Positions 18,742-28,731 of a stretch of 55,765 nucleotides of DNA are shown here, piece by piece. The stretch comes from a virus (lineage: Duplodnaviria; Caudoviricetes), in IMG/VR virus record IMGVR_UViG_3300044236_001180, positions 1-55,765 of that record; one strand, written 5' to 3'. Each line of letters starts with the position of its first letter. Within the stretch, counting starts at the first letter, position 1. The notes under the pieces are model-generated. The model saw only the letters and a program-made list of their open reading frames with translations, was not told the origin of the DNA and did not search any database. The translations under genes and the position numbers were made by a program.

Positions 18742-19389
18742 ATGGCGTTCACATTTGCACAGCTAAAAACAGCGATTCAGGATTACACGGAGAATACGGA
18801 AACGTCCTTCGTGACGAACCTGCCTGTGTTCATTCGTGCAGCCGAGGACCGCATCTTCAAGCTGGTTGATCTGGAAATCTTCCGCAAGAATGCCACCAGT
18901 GCTCTGACGCAGAACGATCCGTATCTTACGGTGCCGACGGACTATCTCGCATCCTTTTCGCTGTCGATCACGAACAGTAGCTCGAAAGAGTTTTTGCTTC
19001 AGAAGGATGTGAACTTCTTACAAGAGTATCATCCAAACGCCTCATCTACCGGCACTCCGAAATATTACGCTTTTTTTGATGTGAGCAACTTTATCGTAGC
19101 TCCTACGCCGGACAGCAATTACGCGGTGGAGCTTCATTATTATTACCGCCCTGCATCACTGACGGCAGGTTCGGATAGTGGTACAACGTGGCTCAGTGAT
19201 AACGCGCCGAACGCTCTACTTTACGGCTCATTGGTAGAAGCGTATATTTACATGAAAGGTGAGCCGGACATGCTTCAGTTGTATGAGAAGCAGTTCACCG
19301 AGGCTATGACCAGGATAAAAGATCTGGCAGAAGCTAGAGAAAATAGCGATGCGTACCGCAGAGGTCTGCCGGATCGGCCTCGGACATAA
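18742..19389 (+). CDS. Putative adaptor/tail tubular protein
   Basis: FI..AE.RI, G.PKYY, APTPD, PNALLYGSL motifs. Confidence 0.65.
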   Translation: MAFTFAQLKTAIQDYTENTETSFVTNLPVFIRAAEDRIFKLVDLEIFRKNATSALTQNDPYLTVPTDYLASFSLSITNSSSKEFLLQKDVNFLQEYHPNASSTGTPKYYAFFDVSNFIVAPTPDSNYAVELHYYYRPASLTAGSDSGTTWLSDNAPNALLYGSLVEAYIYMKGEPDMLQLYEKQFTEAMTRIKDLAEARENSDAYRRGLPDRPRT

Positions 19390-19399
19390 GGAGTAGAAG

Positions 19400-19843
19400 A
19401 TGGCGACATCAAACGCAGCAACCACCTACTTGGAGAACAAGCTCCTTAGCTTTATCTTCAAGAACAATGCCGGGAGTTTTGCAACTCCGGGTAATTCCAT
19501 TTATGTTGGCCTTGCAACCGCAGTATCTAACGCAGAAGCGGGCACCCTGACAGAGGTCAACACCTCAACGCAGGATGCCAACTACACGCGGCAGCAGGTT
19601 AACGCGGCGGGCTGGACACTGGCCTCGTCTTCGACAGACCAGCAGACGGTGACCAACGCAGCCAACATCGAATATTCTGCATCAAGCGGCGTAGCCACCT
19701 ACACCGTGACACATGCTTTTATTGCGGACGCATCTACCGGCGGCAACATCCTGTTTGTCGGTGCGTTGGACGCATCAAAGGCGATTGCTTCTGGTGACAT
19801 CTTCCGGATCAATGCAGGGAACCTGACCATCGAGTTGAAGTAA
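19400..19843 (+). CDS. Putative tail/fibre-associated structural protein
   Basis: taaggag RBS; YLENKLL, YVGL.T, GGNILF.G.L. Confidence 0.65.
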   Translation: MATSNAATTYLENKLLSFIFKNNAGSFATPGNSIYVGLATAVSNAEAGTLTEVNTSTQDANYTRQQVNAAGWTLASSSTDQQTVTNAANIEYSASSGVATYTVTHAFIADASTGGNILFVGALDASKAIASGDIFRINAGNLTIELK

Positions 19844-20214
19844 TGGCACTGGTACTCAAAGATCGCGTCAAGGAGACGACCACTACCACCGGCACTGGCA
19901 CTTACACACTCGCTGGTGCCGTTAGTGGTTTTGAGGCGTTTTCAGAGGTTGGCAACAGCAACACGACTTACTACTGCTGCACGGATGGGACGGACTTTGA
20001 AATTGGAATCGGAACGTACACATCGTCAGGCACAACGCTGGCTCGTACCACGATCCTACAAAGCTCTAACAGTGACAATGCTGTTAGCTGGTCCTCTGGT
20101 ACGCGCACTGTCTTTTGTACGCTGCCTGCTGAAAAGATGATCTTTAACGACGCCAACAACGTGATCCAAGGCTTTACGGATAACTCGCTGGCATTCGCGA
20201 TTGCGTTAGGATAG
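19843..20214 (+). CDS. Putative tail fibre N-terminal-type protein
   Basis: DRVKETTTTTGTG; FEIGIGT; ends AFAIALG. Confidence 0.65.
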   Translation: MALVLKDRVKETTTTTGTGTYTLAGAVSGFEAFSEVGNSNTTYYCCTDGTDFEIGIGTYTSSGTTLARTTILQSSNSDNAVSWSSGTRTVFCTLPAEKMIFNDANNVIQGFTDNSLAFAIALG

Positions 20215-20218
20215 CAAC

Positions 20219-20548
20219 ATGGCAAACGCTTTTAAGACATTTACGGACACGGGCGTAGGAACTGCCAACGCGGACGTTTACACATGCCCCTCCGCCACAG
20301 AGACCACCATCATTGGCCTGAACGTGGCGAACATTTTGGCGGTGTCGATTACGGTTTCGGTCCAGCTAATCAACAACGACGGTGACAACGTACATATCGT
20401 GAAGGACGCCATCGTGCCGGTAGGCTCGTCGCTGGTGGCTGTCGGCGGTGACCAGAAGATTGTGATGAACGCAAGTGACATCCTGCGGGTGACGGCGAGT
20501 CAGGCGTCTGCCGCTGATGTCGTTGTATCGGTACTGGAGATTAGCTGA
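20219..20548 (+). CDS. Putative tail structural protein
   Basis: MANAFK...SVLEIS beta-rich. Confidence 0.65.
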   Translation: MANAFKTFTDTGVGTANADVYTCPSATETTIIGLNVANILAVSITVSVQLINNDGDNVHIVKDAIVPVGSSLVAVGGDQKIVMNASDILRVTASQASAADVVVSVLEIS

Positions 20549-21285
20549 TGGCTCTGAGCAAGGTTGGCGGCAATCAAATCGACACAGTCAACGGTGACCT
20601 GACTGTCGATACCAACACCCTGCATGTCGATGCGACCAACAACAACGTCGGCATCGGCACAACTTCCCCGACAAATTTTGCCAACTACACCTCATTAGAC
20701 ATTAAGGGTGGGACTAGCGGTGCCTTGTTCAACCTTCTGGATGATGATGGCACACGCACATTCACGCTAAATCGTAATGACAGTGATGTTCAAATGTATA
20801 ATTTGAGCAACACTCCAATGAAGTTCTTTACGAACAACACCGAAAGAATGGCAATTCTTGCTGGCGGCGGCATCACATTCAACGGCGACACGGCACAAGC
20901 AAATGCGCTGGATGATTATGAGGAGTCAACTTACAGTTTTGCTGAACGTCATGGGCAAGCCACAATAACTACACACAGATGTCGTGTGGTTAAGATTGGT
21001 GCGTTGGTGTACATCGACGGTTCGTTCACCGTAGGTTCAACTTCAAACAGTAATGCTCTGAATATCAATCTGCCTTTTGCCTCTACGATTGGCACGAACG
21101 GTTTAGGCGGTGGCAGCATCGGGTTCAGTAATCTTAGCACTAGCATCATTGAAGCAAACTTACGCCCCAATATTGAAAATTTAGCTGACAATCTGTTTTT
21201 CCGATATGGGTCAAACAACCTTGTCACCTGCACGGCAGCGTCCGGTAAGCGTATTGATTTCAATGTTTGGTATCCGGTTCTTTAA
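20548..21285 (+). CDS. Tail fibre protein
   Basis: VGIGTTSP, TNNTERM repeats, ANALDDYEE module. Confidence 0.75.
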   Translation: MALSKVGGNQIDTVNGDLTVDTNTLHVDATNNNVGIGTTSPTNFANYTSLDIKGGTSGALFNLLDDDGTRTFTLNRNDSDVQMYNLSNTPMKFFTNNTERMAILAGGGITFNGDTAQANALDDYEESTYSFAERHGQATITTHRCRVVKIGALVYIDGSFTVGSTSNSNALNINLPFASTIGTNGLGGGSIGFSNLSTSIIEANLRPNIENLADNLFFRYGSNNLVTCTAASGKRIDFNVWYPVL

Positions 21286-21348
21286 CCCCACCAGCCGGTA
21301 GGGGTCGGACAGGTCGCAGCCAGCGACGGTAAACAGAAGGAGTAAACA

Positions 21349-21624
21349 ATGGCACTGACAGAAACATTTGAATACGACTGCGAGGTTCGTGGCCCTTACA
21401 AGGCCGTACAGGTTCGCAAAGCCCGTATTATTATGGACGACGGCAACGAGATTAGCCGCGCCTATCACCGGCATGTCCTGCAATGTCGCACAAAGACCGG
21501 CGACACTTGGGGTGACACCGACATCTCTGGCGAGGACGCATCCGTACAGGCTGTGTGCAACGCCGTGTGGACGAGTTCGATTAAGACGGCCTACGAGACT
21601 TTCGTAGACAGTCAGGCAGTCTAA
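21349..21624 (+). CDS. Fibre-associated hypothetical protein
   Basis: aaggag RBS; follows fibre gene. Confidence 0.7.
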   Translation: MALTETFEYDCEVRGPYKAVQVRKARIIMDDGNEISRAYHRHVLQCRTKTGDTWGDTDISGEDASVQAVCNAVWTSSIKTAYETFVDSQAV

Positions 21625-21635
21625 CGGAGAGCTAT

Positions 21636-23162
21636 GTGGCATATCTCGGCGCACAACCAAACAAGACACTGACGAAGACAACGAGCCAGAGCTTCAACGG
21701 CACTGGTTCGGCGACCGTGTTTACACTGAACCGCGCCGTGAACACTGGAGAGGAGTTGGAGGTTTTTGTCGAGAACGTCCAGCAGGAGCCGGGTTCTGGC
21801 AAGTCCTACACTGCGTCTGGCACGACGCTGACATTTGACGAGGCACCGCCGTCCGGCACCGGCAACATCTATGTCATCTACCGTGGGCAGGCAGAGGTTA
21901 CTACCCGGCTGGAGCATGATGCTAACGCTGCGCTGGCAGCGACGACCGGGGCGTTTAGCGGGAACGTCGGCATCGGGACGGCCAATCCAACCAATTTCGG
22001 AGGAACGACACTCCAAACAAATCACGGCTCAACGTACAGCGCAAATTTAGTGAGCAGCGGCGCATATATACTTCAAATGATTGCCTCTGCAACGCACGGC
22101 GCTATGTCGATGGGTGCGCGTTCCAACCATCATGTCGCGTTCACAACGAATGACACAGAACGCATGCGCATCACAAGCGGCGGGGCGGTGGGCATCGGGA
22201 CGAGTTCACCTTCACAAGCCCTAGAAATTTCTGGGAGTGCGCCAATCATTCGTCTTACTGATACCGGCGCATCAAATAATTACTCTGAAATCAACGCTGA
22301 TTATACCTCTGGAAGCCTCCAGATTTCAGCGGACACTGCAAACGCTAGTTCCAACAGCCGCATTATTTTTGCAGTGGATAACACAGAACGTATGCGTATC
22401 GACAGCAGCGGCAATTTGGGCATCGGGACGCTTTCGCCAGTAAGCAACAGTGGGTATGGTGGTTTAACTCTTAACGGAAGTAACGGCTCAATATTAAGCT
22501 TGAAAGACAGTGACACAGAGGTTGCTAGGGTTGTCGGTAGCGCAACTGAGATGTCGTTTCAGTACGGCACTTCTTCTGTTTTGACCTTCAAAGATGGCTT
22601 GTCTGGTGGCACAGAACGTTTGCGCATCACGAGTGATGGCCGCCTTCTTCATAACACGACTTCCTCGACACTAGGCGGTGATGTTGTTTTTAAGGCGACA
22701 AACAACAATGCTGTGACAATACACAATGCAAGAGGCACTAGCGGGGTTTTCACTCAGATTTCATTTAGTAACAATGCTGGCAATGCAGCAATAGGTTCCA
22801 TCAATCGTGTCAACGACGCCAGCGTCCAATACAACACAACGTCAGACGCACGTCTGAAAGAGAACATTACAGACATGACCGGCGCAATCGCAAGGGTGAA
22901 GCAGCTTTTGCCCAAGCGTTATAGCTGGGTGAATGAAGACCTTGATGCGGCAGACCAAGACGGCTTTTTAGCACATGAGGCGCAGTCTGTTGTGCCTATT
23001 GCTGTGTCTGGCACACAAGATGAAGTTGATAGCGACGGCAATCCCCTATACATGCAAATGGACTATAGCAAGCTGGTACCTCTGTTGACTGCGGCCCTGA
23101 AGGAAAGCATTGCCAAGATTGAAGCCCTTGAGGCTCGTGTCACAACGCTGGAGGGTAACTAA
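21636..23162 (+). CDS. Tail fibre with C-terminal intramolecular chaperone (peptidase S74)
   Basis: ERMRI..GxVGIGT repeats; TSDARLKENI, GFLAHE, DYSKLVPLLTAALKE. Confidence 0.85.
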   Translation: MAYLGAQPNKTLTKTTSQSFNGTGSATVFTLNRAVNTGEELEVFVENVQQEPGSGKSYTASGTTLTFDEAPPSGTGNIYVIYRGQAEVTTRLEHDANAALAATTGAFSGNVGIGTANPTNFGGTTLQTNHGSTYSANLVSSGAYILQMIASATHGAMSMGARSNHHVAFTTNDTERMRITSGGAVGIGTSSPSQALEISGSAPIIRLTDTGASNNYSEINADYTSGSLQISADTANASSNSRIIFAVDNTERMRIDSSGNLGIGTLSPVSNSGYGGLTLNGSNGSILSLKDSDTEVARVVGSATEMSFQYGTSSVLTFKDGLSGGTERLRITSDGRLLHNTTSSTLGGDVVFKATNNNAVTIHNARGTSGVFTQISFSNNAGNAAIGSINRVNDASVQYNTTSDARLKENITDMTGAIARVKQLLPKRYSWVNEDLDAADQDGFLAHEAQSVVPIAVSGTQDEVDSDGNPLYMQMDYSKLVPLLTAALKESIAKIEALEARVTTLEGN

Positions 23163-24034
23163 TGCCGCTCAGTAAAATTAACAGGCCCGGTCTTAACACG
23201 GGCGTTACCGACAATTCTGACGCTACTGCGGTCACCATAGACAGTAGTGAGCGGGTCGGCATTGGCGCGTCTCCCAGCGCCAAGTTGCAAGTCGATAATG
23301 GAAGCACTCATGCTGATGTCATAGTTAAGGGCGGTGATGCGACCACGAATTACAGTGGTGGTAGTCTGCTTCTTGCCAATCCCGGCATGGCTACGAACTA
23401 CGGGGGGACATACCTGTACCATCACAAGGCTGGTGGTTCTGGTAACACAAACGCCGCTTTTAACATCTCTCAGAGAAATGCGTCCGGAGGCTACGTCAGC
23501 AATATCTGGAACGTGGACTACCAGAACAACGTCCAGTCGTTTTATCTCCCAAATGGACAACAGTCCGGCGCGTCGGTTCTTAATATAAATAGTAACGGCA
23601 GCGTAACGATGGGTAAGCAGCCGTACGTCGTTCTTCAAGGTAACAACAGCAACAACATTACTTGGAACAATAACGACAGGATTGGCGCAACTGACGATGG
23701 CACTTCGGCTTGGAGTGTGCCTAGCTTCGTCAACATGAACTACAACAGCAACACCGGCGCATTAACTGTACCGACTGGTGGCGTTTATGCGGTTTATCTC
23801 CAAGCCTATTATAATGGCGGCGGACCAAACAATGTTCGCATTGCAATCCGCAAGAATGCCAGTCAAGTGGCTATGAGCCACCGTCAATCAATACTGTACG
23901 GAACATTGCATGTGAACGTGTTGATTAACATGGCCGCAAACGATTACTTCGACTTTCAACACGTTAGTGGCGGCGATAGGACTTTTTATGAAGGCATCGC
24001 TCATACCTACGCCTACGTCGTAAAGCTGACTTAA
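23162..24034 (+). CDS. Tail fibre protein with C1q-like head
   Basis: VGIGASP; TGALTVPTGGVYAV C1q-type motif. Confidence 0.7.
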   Translation: MPLSKINRPGLNTGVTDNSDATAVTIDSSERVGIGASPSAKLQVDNGSTHADVIVKGGDATTNYSGGSLLLANPGMATNYGGTYLYHHKAGGSGNTNAAFNISQRNASGGYVSNIWNVDYQNNVQSFYLPNGQQSGASVLNINSNGSVTMGKQPYVVLQGNNSNNITWNNNDRIGATDDGTSAWSVPSFVNMNYNSNTGALTVPTGGVYAVYLQAYYNGGGPNNVRIAIRKNASQVAMSHRQSILYGTLHVNVLINMAANDYFDFQHVSGGDRTFYEGIAHTYAYVVKLT

Positions 24035-24046
24035 TCGGAGAAGCAA

Positions 24047-24781
24047 ATGGCTTATATCGGCGTAGATCCAAACGTAGGTGACATCACCTTCCAGACCTTT
24101 ACCGGCGACGGTAGCACGACAGCATTTACGCTGGCGCAGAACGTCGTGTCGGGCGAGGCTATCCTCGTCATCATCGGCAACATCGTTCAGGAACCGGGTC
24201 TGTCGAAGGCGTACACCGCGCAGGGCAACACGCTAACCTTCTCGGCGGCGCCGGCCAACGGCGATATCATTCAGGTCCGTTTCTTTGGCCGCGCTGTAGA
24301 CCAGCCGACCAGCTTTGCTATGCAGTTGTTCAAGTACACGGCAACGACGAGTCAGACAGCATTTACGGGAGCAGATGCAAATGGTGCGATACTGGCTTTT
24401 AGTGGCAACGATGTTGATGTTTACCTTAACGGGGTGCACCTGGACAGTTCAGACTTCACGGCCAGCAACGGAGATACAATCACACTCGGCACCGGGGCTG
24501 CGGCTAGTGACGAGTTGGTAATCCGCGCCTTTCGTGCGTTCTCGGTTACTGATACAGTGTCGAAGGCGTCCGGCGGCACGTTTGCTGCGGAGATTACCGC
24601 AACGTCCTTCCAGACCACGAACACCACGGTGGACACGGCGGCGTTCCGCACCAACGACCAGACGGTCAGCGAGAACACCACCATTGCCGCCACAAAGAAT
24701 GCCCTTGGCATTGGACCACTTACGATTGCTGATGGCGTAACAATAACGGTTGCCAGTGGTGGCAGTCTGACAATCCTGTGA
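24047..24781 (+). CDS. Tail fibre-associated protein
   Basis: N-terminus similar to 21636 ORF; DVYLNGV; GPLTIADGVTITV.SG..LTIL. Confidence 0.7.
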   Translation: MAYIGVDPNVGDITFQTFTGDGSTTAFTLAQNVVSGEAILVIIGNIVQEPGLSKAYTAQGNTLTFSAAPANGDIIQVRFFGRAVDQPTSFAMQLFKYTATTSQTAFTGADANGAILAFSGNDVDVYLNGVHLDSSDFTASNGDTITLGTGAAASDELVIRAFRAFSVTDTVSKASGGTFAAEITATSFQTTNTTVDTAAFRTNDQTVSENTTIAATKNALGIGPLTIADGVTITVASGGSLTIL

Positions 24782-24788
24782 GGCGCGT

Positions 24789-25292
24789 ATGGCTTCGATA
24801 ATAAATGTAGACAAGGTAAGGGCGACGGGCAGCACGACGGATGGGCTGACTGTCGACTCTTCAGGTCGCGTTTTTACACCAGCCCGGCCCGGTTTCCGCG
24901 CTGGCTCTACAGCGCAAAGCAGCATCACAGGTATTATCATTTATAATGAGGTGAATGAACCAACTAAAGGCCAGTACAACACCGGGATGTACAGTACAAC
25001 AACCGGAAAGGCGACCATACCTGTTGCCGGTTTATATTTTTATTCGGCTCAGTTTTACGCTGAAGGCACTAACTCGGCTGATGTGGTTTTGAAACTACAA
25101 ATTGGTGGTTCAGGAACTGCCCACGACATTGACGCGCACTACGAGCAGGGTAGCCAAAACACCTATCCAACTGGACATATGACAGGCGCTCTTAAACTGG
25201 CCGCGGGTGATGTTGTGTATGTAAATGTTAACAGCGGTCAGGCACACCTGAACAGCAACAAATCACACTTTGACATGTATTTGATTGGTTAA
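24789..25292 (+). CDS. C1q-like fibre tip protein
   Basis: TTGKATIPVAGLYFY; LAAGDVV; ends YLIG. Confidence 0.7.
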   Translation: MASIINVDKVRATGSTTDGLTVDSSGRVFTPARPGFRAGSTAQSSITGIIIYNEVNEPTKGQYNTGMYSTTTGKATIPVAGLYFYSAQFYAEGTNSADVVLKLQIGGSGTAHDIDAHYEQGSQNTYPTGHMTGALKLAAGDVVYVNVNSGQAHLNSNKSHFDMYLIG

Positions 25293-25295
25293 GCC

Positions 25296-25841
25296 ATGAG
25301 TACACTATTCGTAGACACTATCAACGAGAAGACCAGCGGCAACGGCATCCAGATTCCGGGGCATGTGGTGCAGGTGAAGCAAGCCGTAAAAACAGACACT
25401 TTTTCGACTACATCTGGTACGTTTGTTTCGGTTCCGAATTTATCAGTCTCCATCACACCAGCTAGTTCTTCAAGTAAGTTTCTTATTATTGGGTGCATCT
25501 CTTTGTCTTCGACAAATTATGCTTGGCACTGTGGTTTGTTCCAAGATGGGACTGAAATCGGACTAGCAGATGCCGCATCATCTCGCCCTCGCTCTTTGTT
25601 TGGTGGTATGGCTGACTTTGGGACTCAAAACACACACGGACTCATTACAGACGTGACACGAGAGTTGTTAGTTTCGCCAAACACAACTAACGCAATAACT
25701 TTCGACATTCGTGCGGCGAGGAGGTTTGACAATGAAAATACCCCTACAACCCATATCAATAGGTCAGTGCCAGACAGGAATACTGGCACCTATGACCAAA
25801 GATGTATTTCAACGCTCACAGTAATGGAGATAGCGGGATGA
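25296..25841 (+). CDS. Fibre-associated protein
   Basis: GHVVQV, SITP.S.SSK, STLTVMEIAG. Confidence 0.7.
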   Translation: MSTLFVDTINEKTSGNGIQIPGHVVQVKQAVKTDTFSTTSGTFVSVPNLSVSITPASSSSKFLIIGCISLSSTNYAWHCGLFQDGTEIGLADAASSRPRSLFGGMADFGTQNTHGLITDVTRELLVSPNTTNAITFDIRAARRFDNENTPTTHINRSVPDRNTGTYDQRCISTLTVMEIAG

Positions 25842-26335
25842 GCAGCATACTGAAGGTCTCCGAAATCCAAGACCCGACTAACGGGAACAGTGCGCTGACG
25901 ATTGACTCGTCTGGGCGTGTGTTGACTCCGCAGAGAGTGCATTTTTTTGCGGGTTCTAGCAATGGAGACACAACTGTAACCGCCGGGAGCTTGCTGCCTT
26001 TTAACGCAACTTATCAAAACGTAGGCAACGCATTCTCAACGTCAACTTATCTATTCACTGCGCCGGTAACGGGAGTGTACCTGTTTGTCCATAATACATT
26101 CGTCGCTGGGGGTTCCAGCAATATATCCCGCACAACTTGGCAACGTAACGGGAGCCAGTTTAATGTAGGTGGTGACATTGATGAGGCTAGGACACCTGCC
26201 AACTCTTCTTCTAGTTTTCAATGTGTTATTGGGTTAGATGCCAACGACACATTCGGCGTTAGGTTAAGGTCAAGTGTAGGTGATGTTTTGTTTTACATGG
26301 GCCACTGTAATTTCAGTGGATGTTTATTGGGTTAA
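25838..26335 (+). CDS. C1q-like fibre tip protein
   Basis: ATG at 25838 overlapping upstream stop; FTAPVTGVYLF; FSGCLLG. Confidence 0.72.
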   Translation: MSSILKVSEIQDPTNGNSALTIDSSGRVLTPQRVHFFAGSSNGDTTVTAGSLLPFNATYQNVGNAFSTSTYLFTAPVTGVYLFVHNTFVAGGSSNISRTTWQRNGSQFNVGGDIDEARTPANSSSSFQCVIGLDANDTFGVRLRSSVGDVLFYMGHCNFSGCLLG

Positions 26336-26338
26336 GAC

Positions 26339-26728
26339 ATGGCAACAGTAGCAGACGCAATCGTAGCCCTCATCCCTGACGAACAGTGGGTGCTTCGTGG
26401 TGAGCCGACCACAGAGGCAGAGTTCAACGCCATGTTCCGCCGAATTATCGGCGAGGACGAGAACGGCAGTGCAGTCGAGTCCGATAACCCTGACAACTGG
26501 GGTGTATCGTGGACCACGGTCTCTTCGAAGCTGGCAGAGCTTGATGCTGCCGAGCCGCTGAAGCTGCTTCGTGCCGAGCGGAACCGCCGCCTTGCAGAAA
26601 CAGATTGGTGGGCCTCTTCGGATCTGACCATGTCACAGGCACGGCGGGACTACCGTCAGGCGCTGCGCGACATTACCAACACCTATCAGTCCCTCGACAC
26701 TGTCGTGTGGCCTGTGAAGCCGGAGTAA
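26339..26728 (+). CDS. Tail fibre assembly chaperone-like protein
   Basis: LRAERNRRLAETDW, YRQALRDI, WPVKP. Confidence 0.8.
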   Translation: MATVADAIVALIPDEQWVLRGEPTTEAEFNAMFRRIIGEDENGSAVESDNPDNWGVSWTTVSSKLAELDAAEPLKLLRAERNRRLAETDWWASSDLTMSQARRDYRQALRDITNTYQSLDTVVWPVKPE

Positions 26729-26731
26729 CAG

Positions 26732-27841
26732 ATGAGTAGAGCGCGTGAATTTGCTGACCTCGCCGGTTCGGCTGATGCTGGTGGCATTACCGGCAAAAAT
26801 ATGGTGACCAACGGTTCGATGACTGTGGCGCAGCGTGGGACGAGTAGTACCGGTCAAACAAGTGGTGGCTATAAAACTTGCGACCGTTGGAGAGTTTCAA
26901 TTACAACGCAAGGCACTTGGACAATTTCACAAAGTTCGACTACACCGAACAGTGATTTTTCTTCGTCCCTTAAATTTGATTGCACGACAGCAGATGCTTC
27001 TCCTGCTGCCTCAGACCAAGTAGCGGTAGAAACTAGGCTAGAGGCGCAAGACGTTGCTCATTTGGGGTACGGTAATTCAGACGCAAAAGCGATTACCGTT
27101 TCTTTTTGGGTTCGGTCTAACAAGACTGGCACTTATACATTTGAAGTATTTGCCCAAGACCCGAACCGTCTCAACTCCACAACATATACCATTGACTCCG
27201 CTAACACTTGGGAAAAAAAAGAAATTACAATACCGGCAGATACAAGTGGCAGTGGGATTAACAGTGACAGCGGTATTGGGATAATAGTAAAATGGTGGCT
27301 GGGGGCTGGTTCCACTTTTACTGGTGGCACTTTTACTAACAATGTTTGGGAAGCAAATGTAAACGCTAATCGTGTCCACTCTTCACAAGTAAACCTTGCC
27401 GACAGCACCAGCAACGAATGGTACATCACCGGAGTCCAGCTTGAGGTCGGCGAACAGTCCACGCCGTTTGAGCATCGGTCGTTTGGCGATGAGTTGGCTA
27501 GGTGTCGCAGATATTTTGAAAAATCCTATGACGTAGGAACGACACCGGGAACATCAGACAATAAAGGGACAGAAAATTGGACCGTAAATTCTGAGGGAAA
27601 CGCAAACGCAATCATTCGCCCATCATTTAATGTTGAGAAACGTGCTGCGCCTACAATGGTGGCATACCAAGCAACAGGCACTAGCGGCAGTTGGAACTAT
27701 GAACGTAGTGGTGTAGCTGGCACTGGGACGACTACCTTTGACAGAAAAGGTACAAATGGATGCAGAGCATACGTTCCTATTGGTGCCAACTTTGCAAGTG
27801 CTTACATTTTTGGTCACTGGACTGCGGATGCGGAGTTATAG
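26732..27841 (+). CDS. Tail fibre/receptor-binding protein (carbohydrate-binding-like)
   Basis: N.VTNG.M.VAQRG, DRW, TVSFWV, GVQLEVG..TPFE.R...EL.RC.RY. Confidence 0.72.
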   Translation: MSRAREFADLAGSADAGGITGKNMVTNGSMTVAQRGTSSTGQTSGGYKTCDRWRVSITTQGTWTISQSSTTPNSDFSSSLKFDCTTADASPAASDQVAVETRLEAQDVAHLGYGNSDAKAITVSFWVRSNKTGTYTFEVFAQDPNRLNSTTYTIDSANTWEKKEITIPADTSGSGINSDSGIGIIVKWWLGAGSTFTGGTFTNNVWEANVNANRVHSSQVNLADSTSNEWYITGVQLEVGEQSTPFEHRSFGDELARCRRYFEKSYDVGTTPGTSDNKGTENWTVNSEGNANAIIRPSFNVEKRAAPTMVAYQATGTSGSWNYERSGVAGTGTTTFDRKGTNGCRAYVPIGANFASAYIFGHWTADAEL

Positions 27842-28015
27842 ATGAACATTACAAGCGCACAATATTACAACGACATTGACGGTACACAGGCAGGAATACG
27901 CATTATTGTGGACGGCATAACGATGTCCGTACCCCTCGCCCCCGGCAACCGTCATTACGACGAAATCCAGCGACAGCAGTCGGAGGGACTGCTGACCATT
28001 CAGGACGCTGACTGA
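27842..28015 (+). CDS. Small hypothetical protein (57 aa, MNITSAQY...VPLAPGNRHY...), absent from ORF track
   Basis: ggag RBS; fills the gap between coupled genes. Confidence 0.65.
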   Translation: MNITSAQYYNDIDGTQAGIRIIVDGITMSVPLAPGNRHYDEIQRQQSEGLLTIQDAD

Positions 28016-28731
28016 TGTTCGGCGTTCACGGCATCTCGGAAAGGGCAATAGCTGATCAGGGAATCGTCCTGTTCGGCACCGAGACGCTTGACGCCAACTT
28101 CACGCAGACTGGTGCAGCCATCGCGGTCCTGAAGGGGTCGATGGATGTCGAAGGTACATCGTCCAAGGCAAGCATCGGCGTAGGTATTTTAGCCGGTATC
28201 GCCGACATCAGCGGCGACTTCACGCAGACCTCGACGCCCACATACATTCGCCAGACGCCCGTTGTTATCGACGCGCAGTTTGATCAGGACTCTGACGGCA
28301 ACCTTGTGGCGTCTGGTGTGTCCGAGCAGTCTGGCAACTTCACGCAGACCACAACACAGAACTTTATTGCGTCCGGCGTCTCCGAGCAGTCTGGCAACTT
28401 CACGCAAACCAGCGACGGCAACTTAATTGCCAAGGGTCTGTCCACGCAGATCGGCGACACTATACAGACCACGCTGGCAAATCGTGTACGCACGACGGCC
28501 ATGTCTTTGGACAGCACGTTCCTGCAAACGTCGGCGGCTATCGGCATCTTCTCTGGCGACTACGATGTCATCTTTGCCTTCGACCAGACGACAGATGGCC
28601 GGCTGCTGTGGGAGCAGATCAACGCTGGAGCTACTAACGAGAACTGGACGGAGGTCACGCACACAGGGGACTCGTGGACAGAAATCTCTGCAAGTGGTAC
28701 AACAGAGACATGGACAGAGATGGTGAAATAA
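28015..28731 (+). CDS. Hypothetical structural protein with ~20-aa repeats
   Basis: Recurrent FxQT every ~20 aa; Trp-repeat C-terminus. Confidence 0.7.
   Translation: MFGVHGISERAIADQGIVLFGTETLDANFTQTGAAIAVLKGSMDVEGTSSKASIGVGILAGIADISGDFTQTSTPTYIRQTPVVIDAQFDQDSDGNLVASGVSEQSGNFTQTTTQNFIASGVSEQSGNFTQTSDGNLIAKGLSTQIGDTIQTTLANRVRTTAMSLDSTFLQTSAAIGIFSGDYDVIFAFDQTTDGRLLWEQINAGATNENWTEVTHTGDSWTEISASGTTETWTEMVK
28321..28406 (+). repeat. 26-bp exact direct repeat, 60-bp period, within CDS
   Basis: tccgagcagtctggcaacttcacgca at 28321 and 28381. Confidence 0.9.

Noticed and set aside
20548-27841. Diversity-generating retroelement targeting fibre genes
   Set aside because: No reverse transcriptase ORF and no TR/VR pair with A-specific mismatches; the repeats are ordinary ERMRI/GIGT fibre repeats
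28321-28406. CRISPR-like 26-bp repeat with 34-bp spacer
   Set aside because: Only two copies, in frame with a 60-bp period inside a protein with 20-aa repeats; no cas genes
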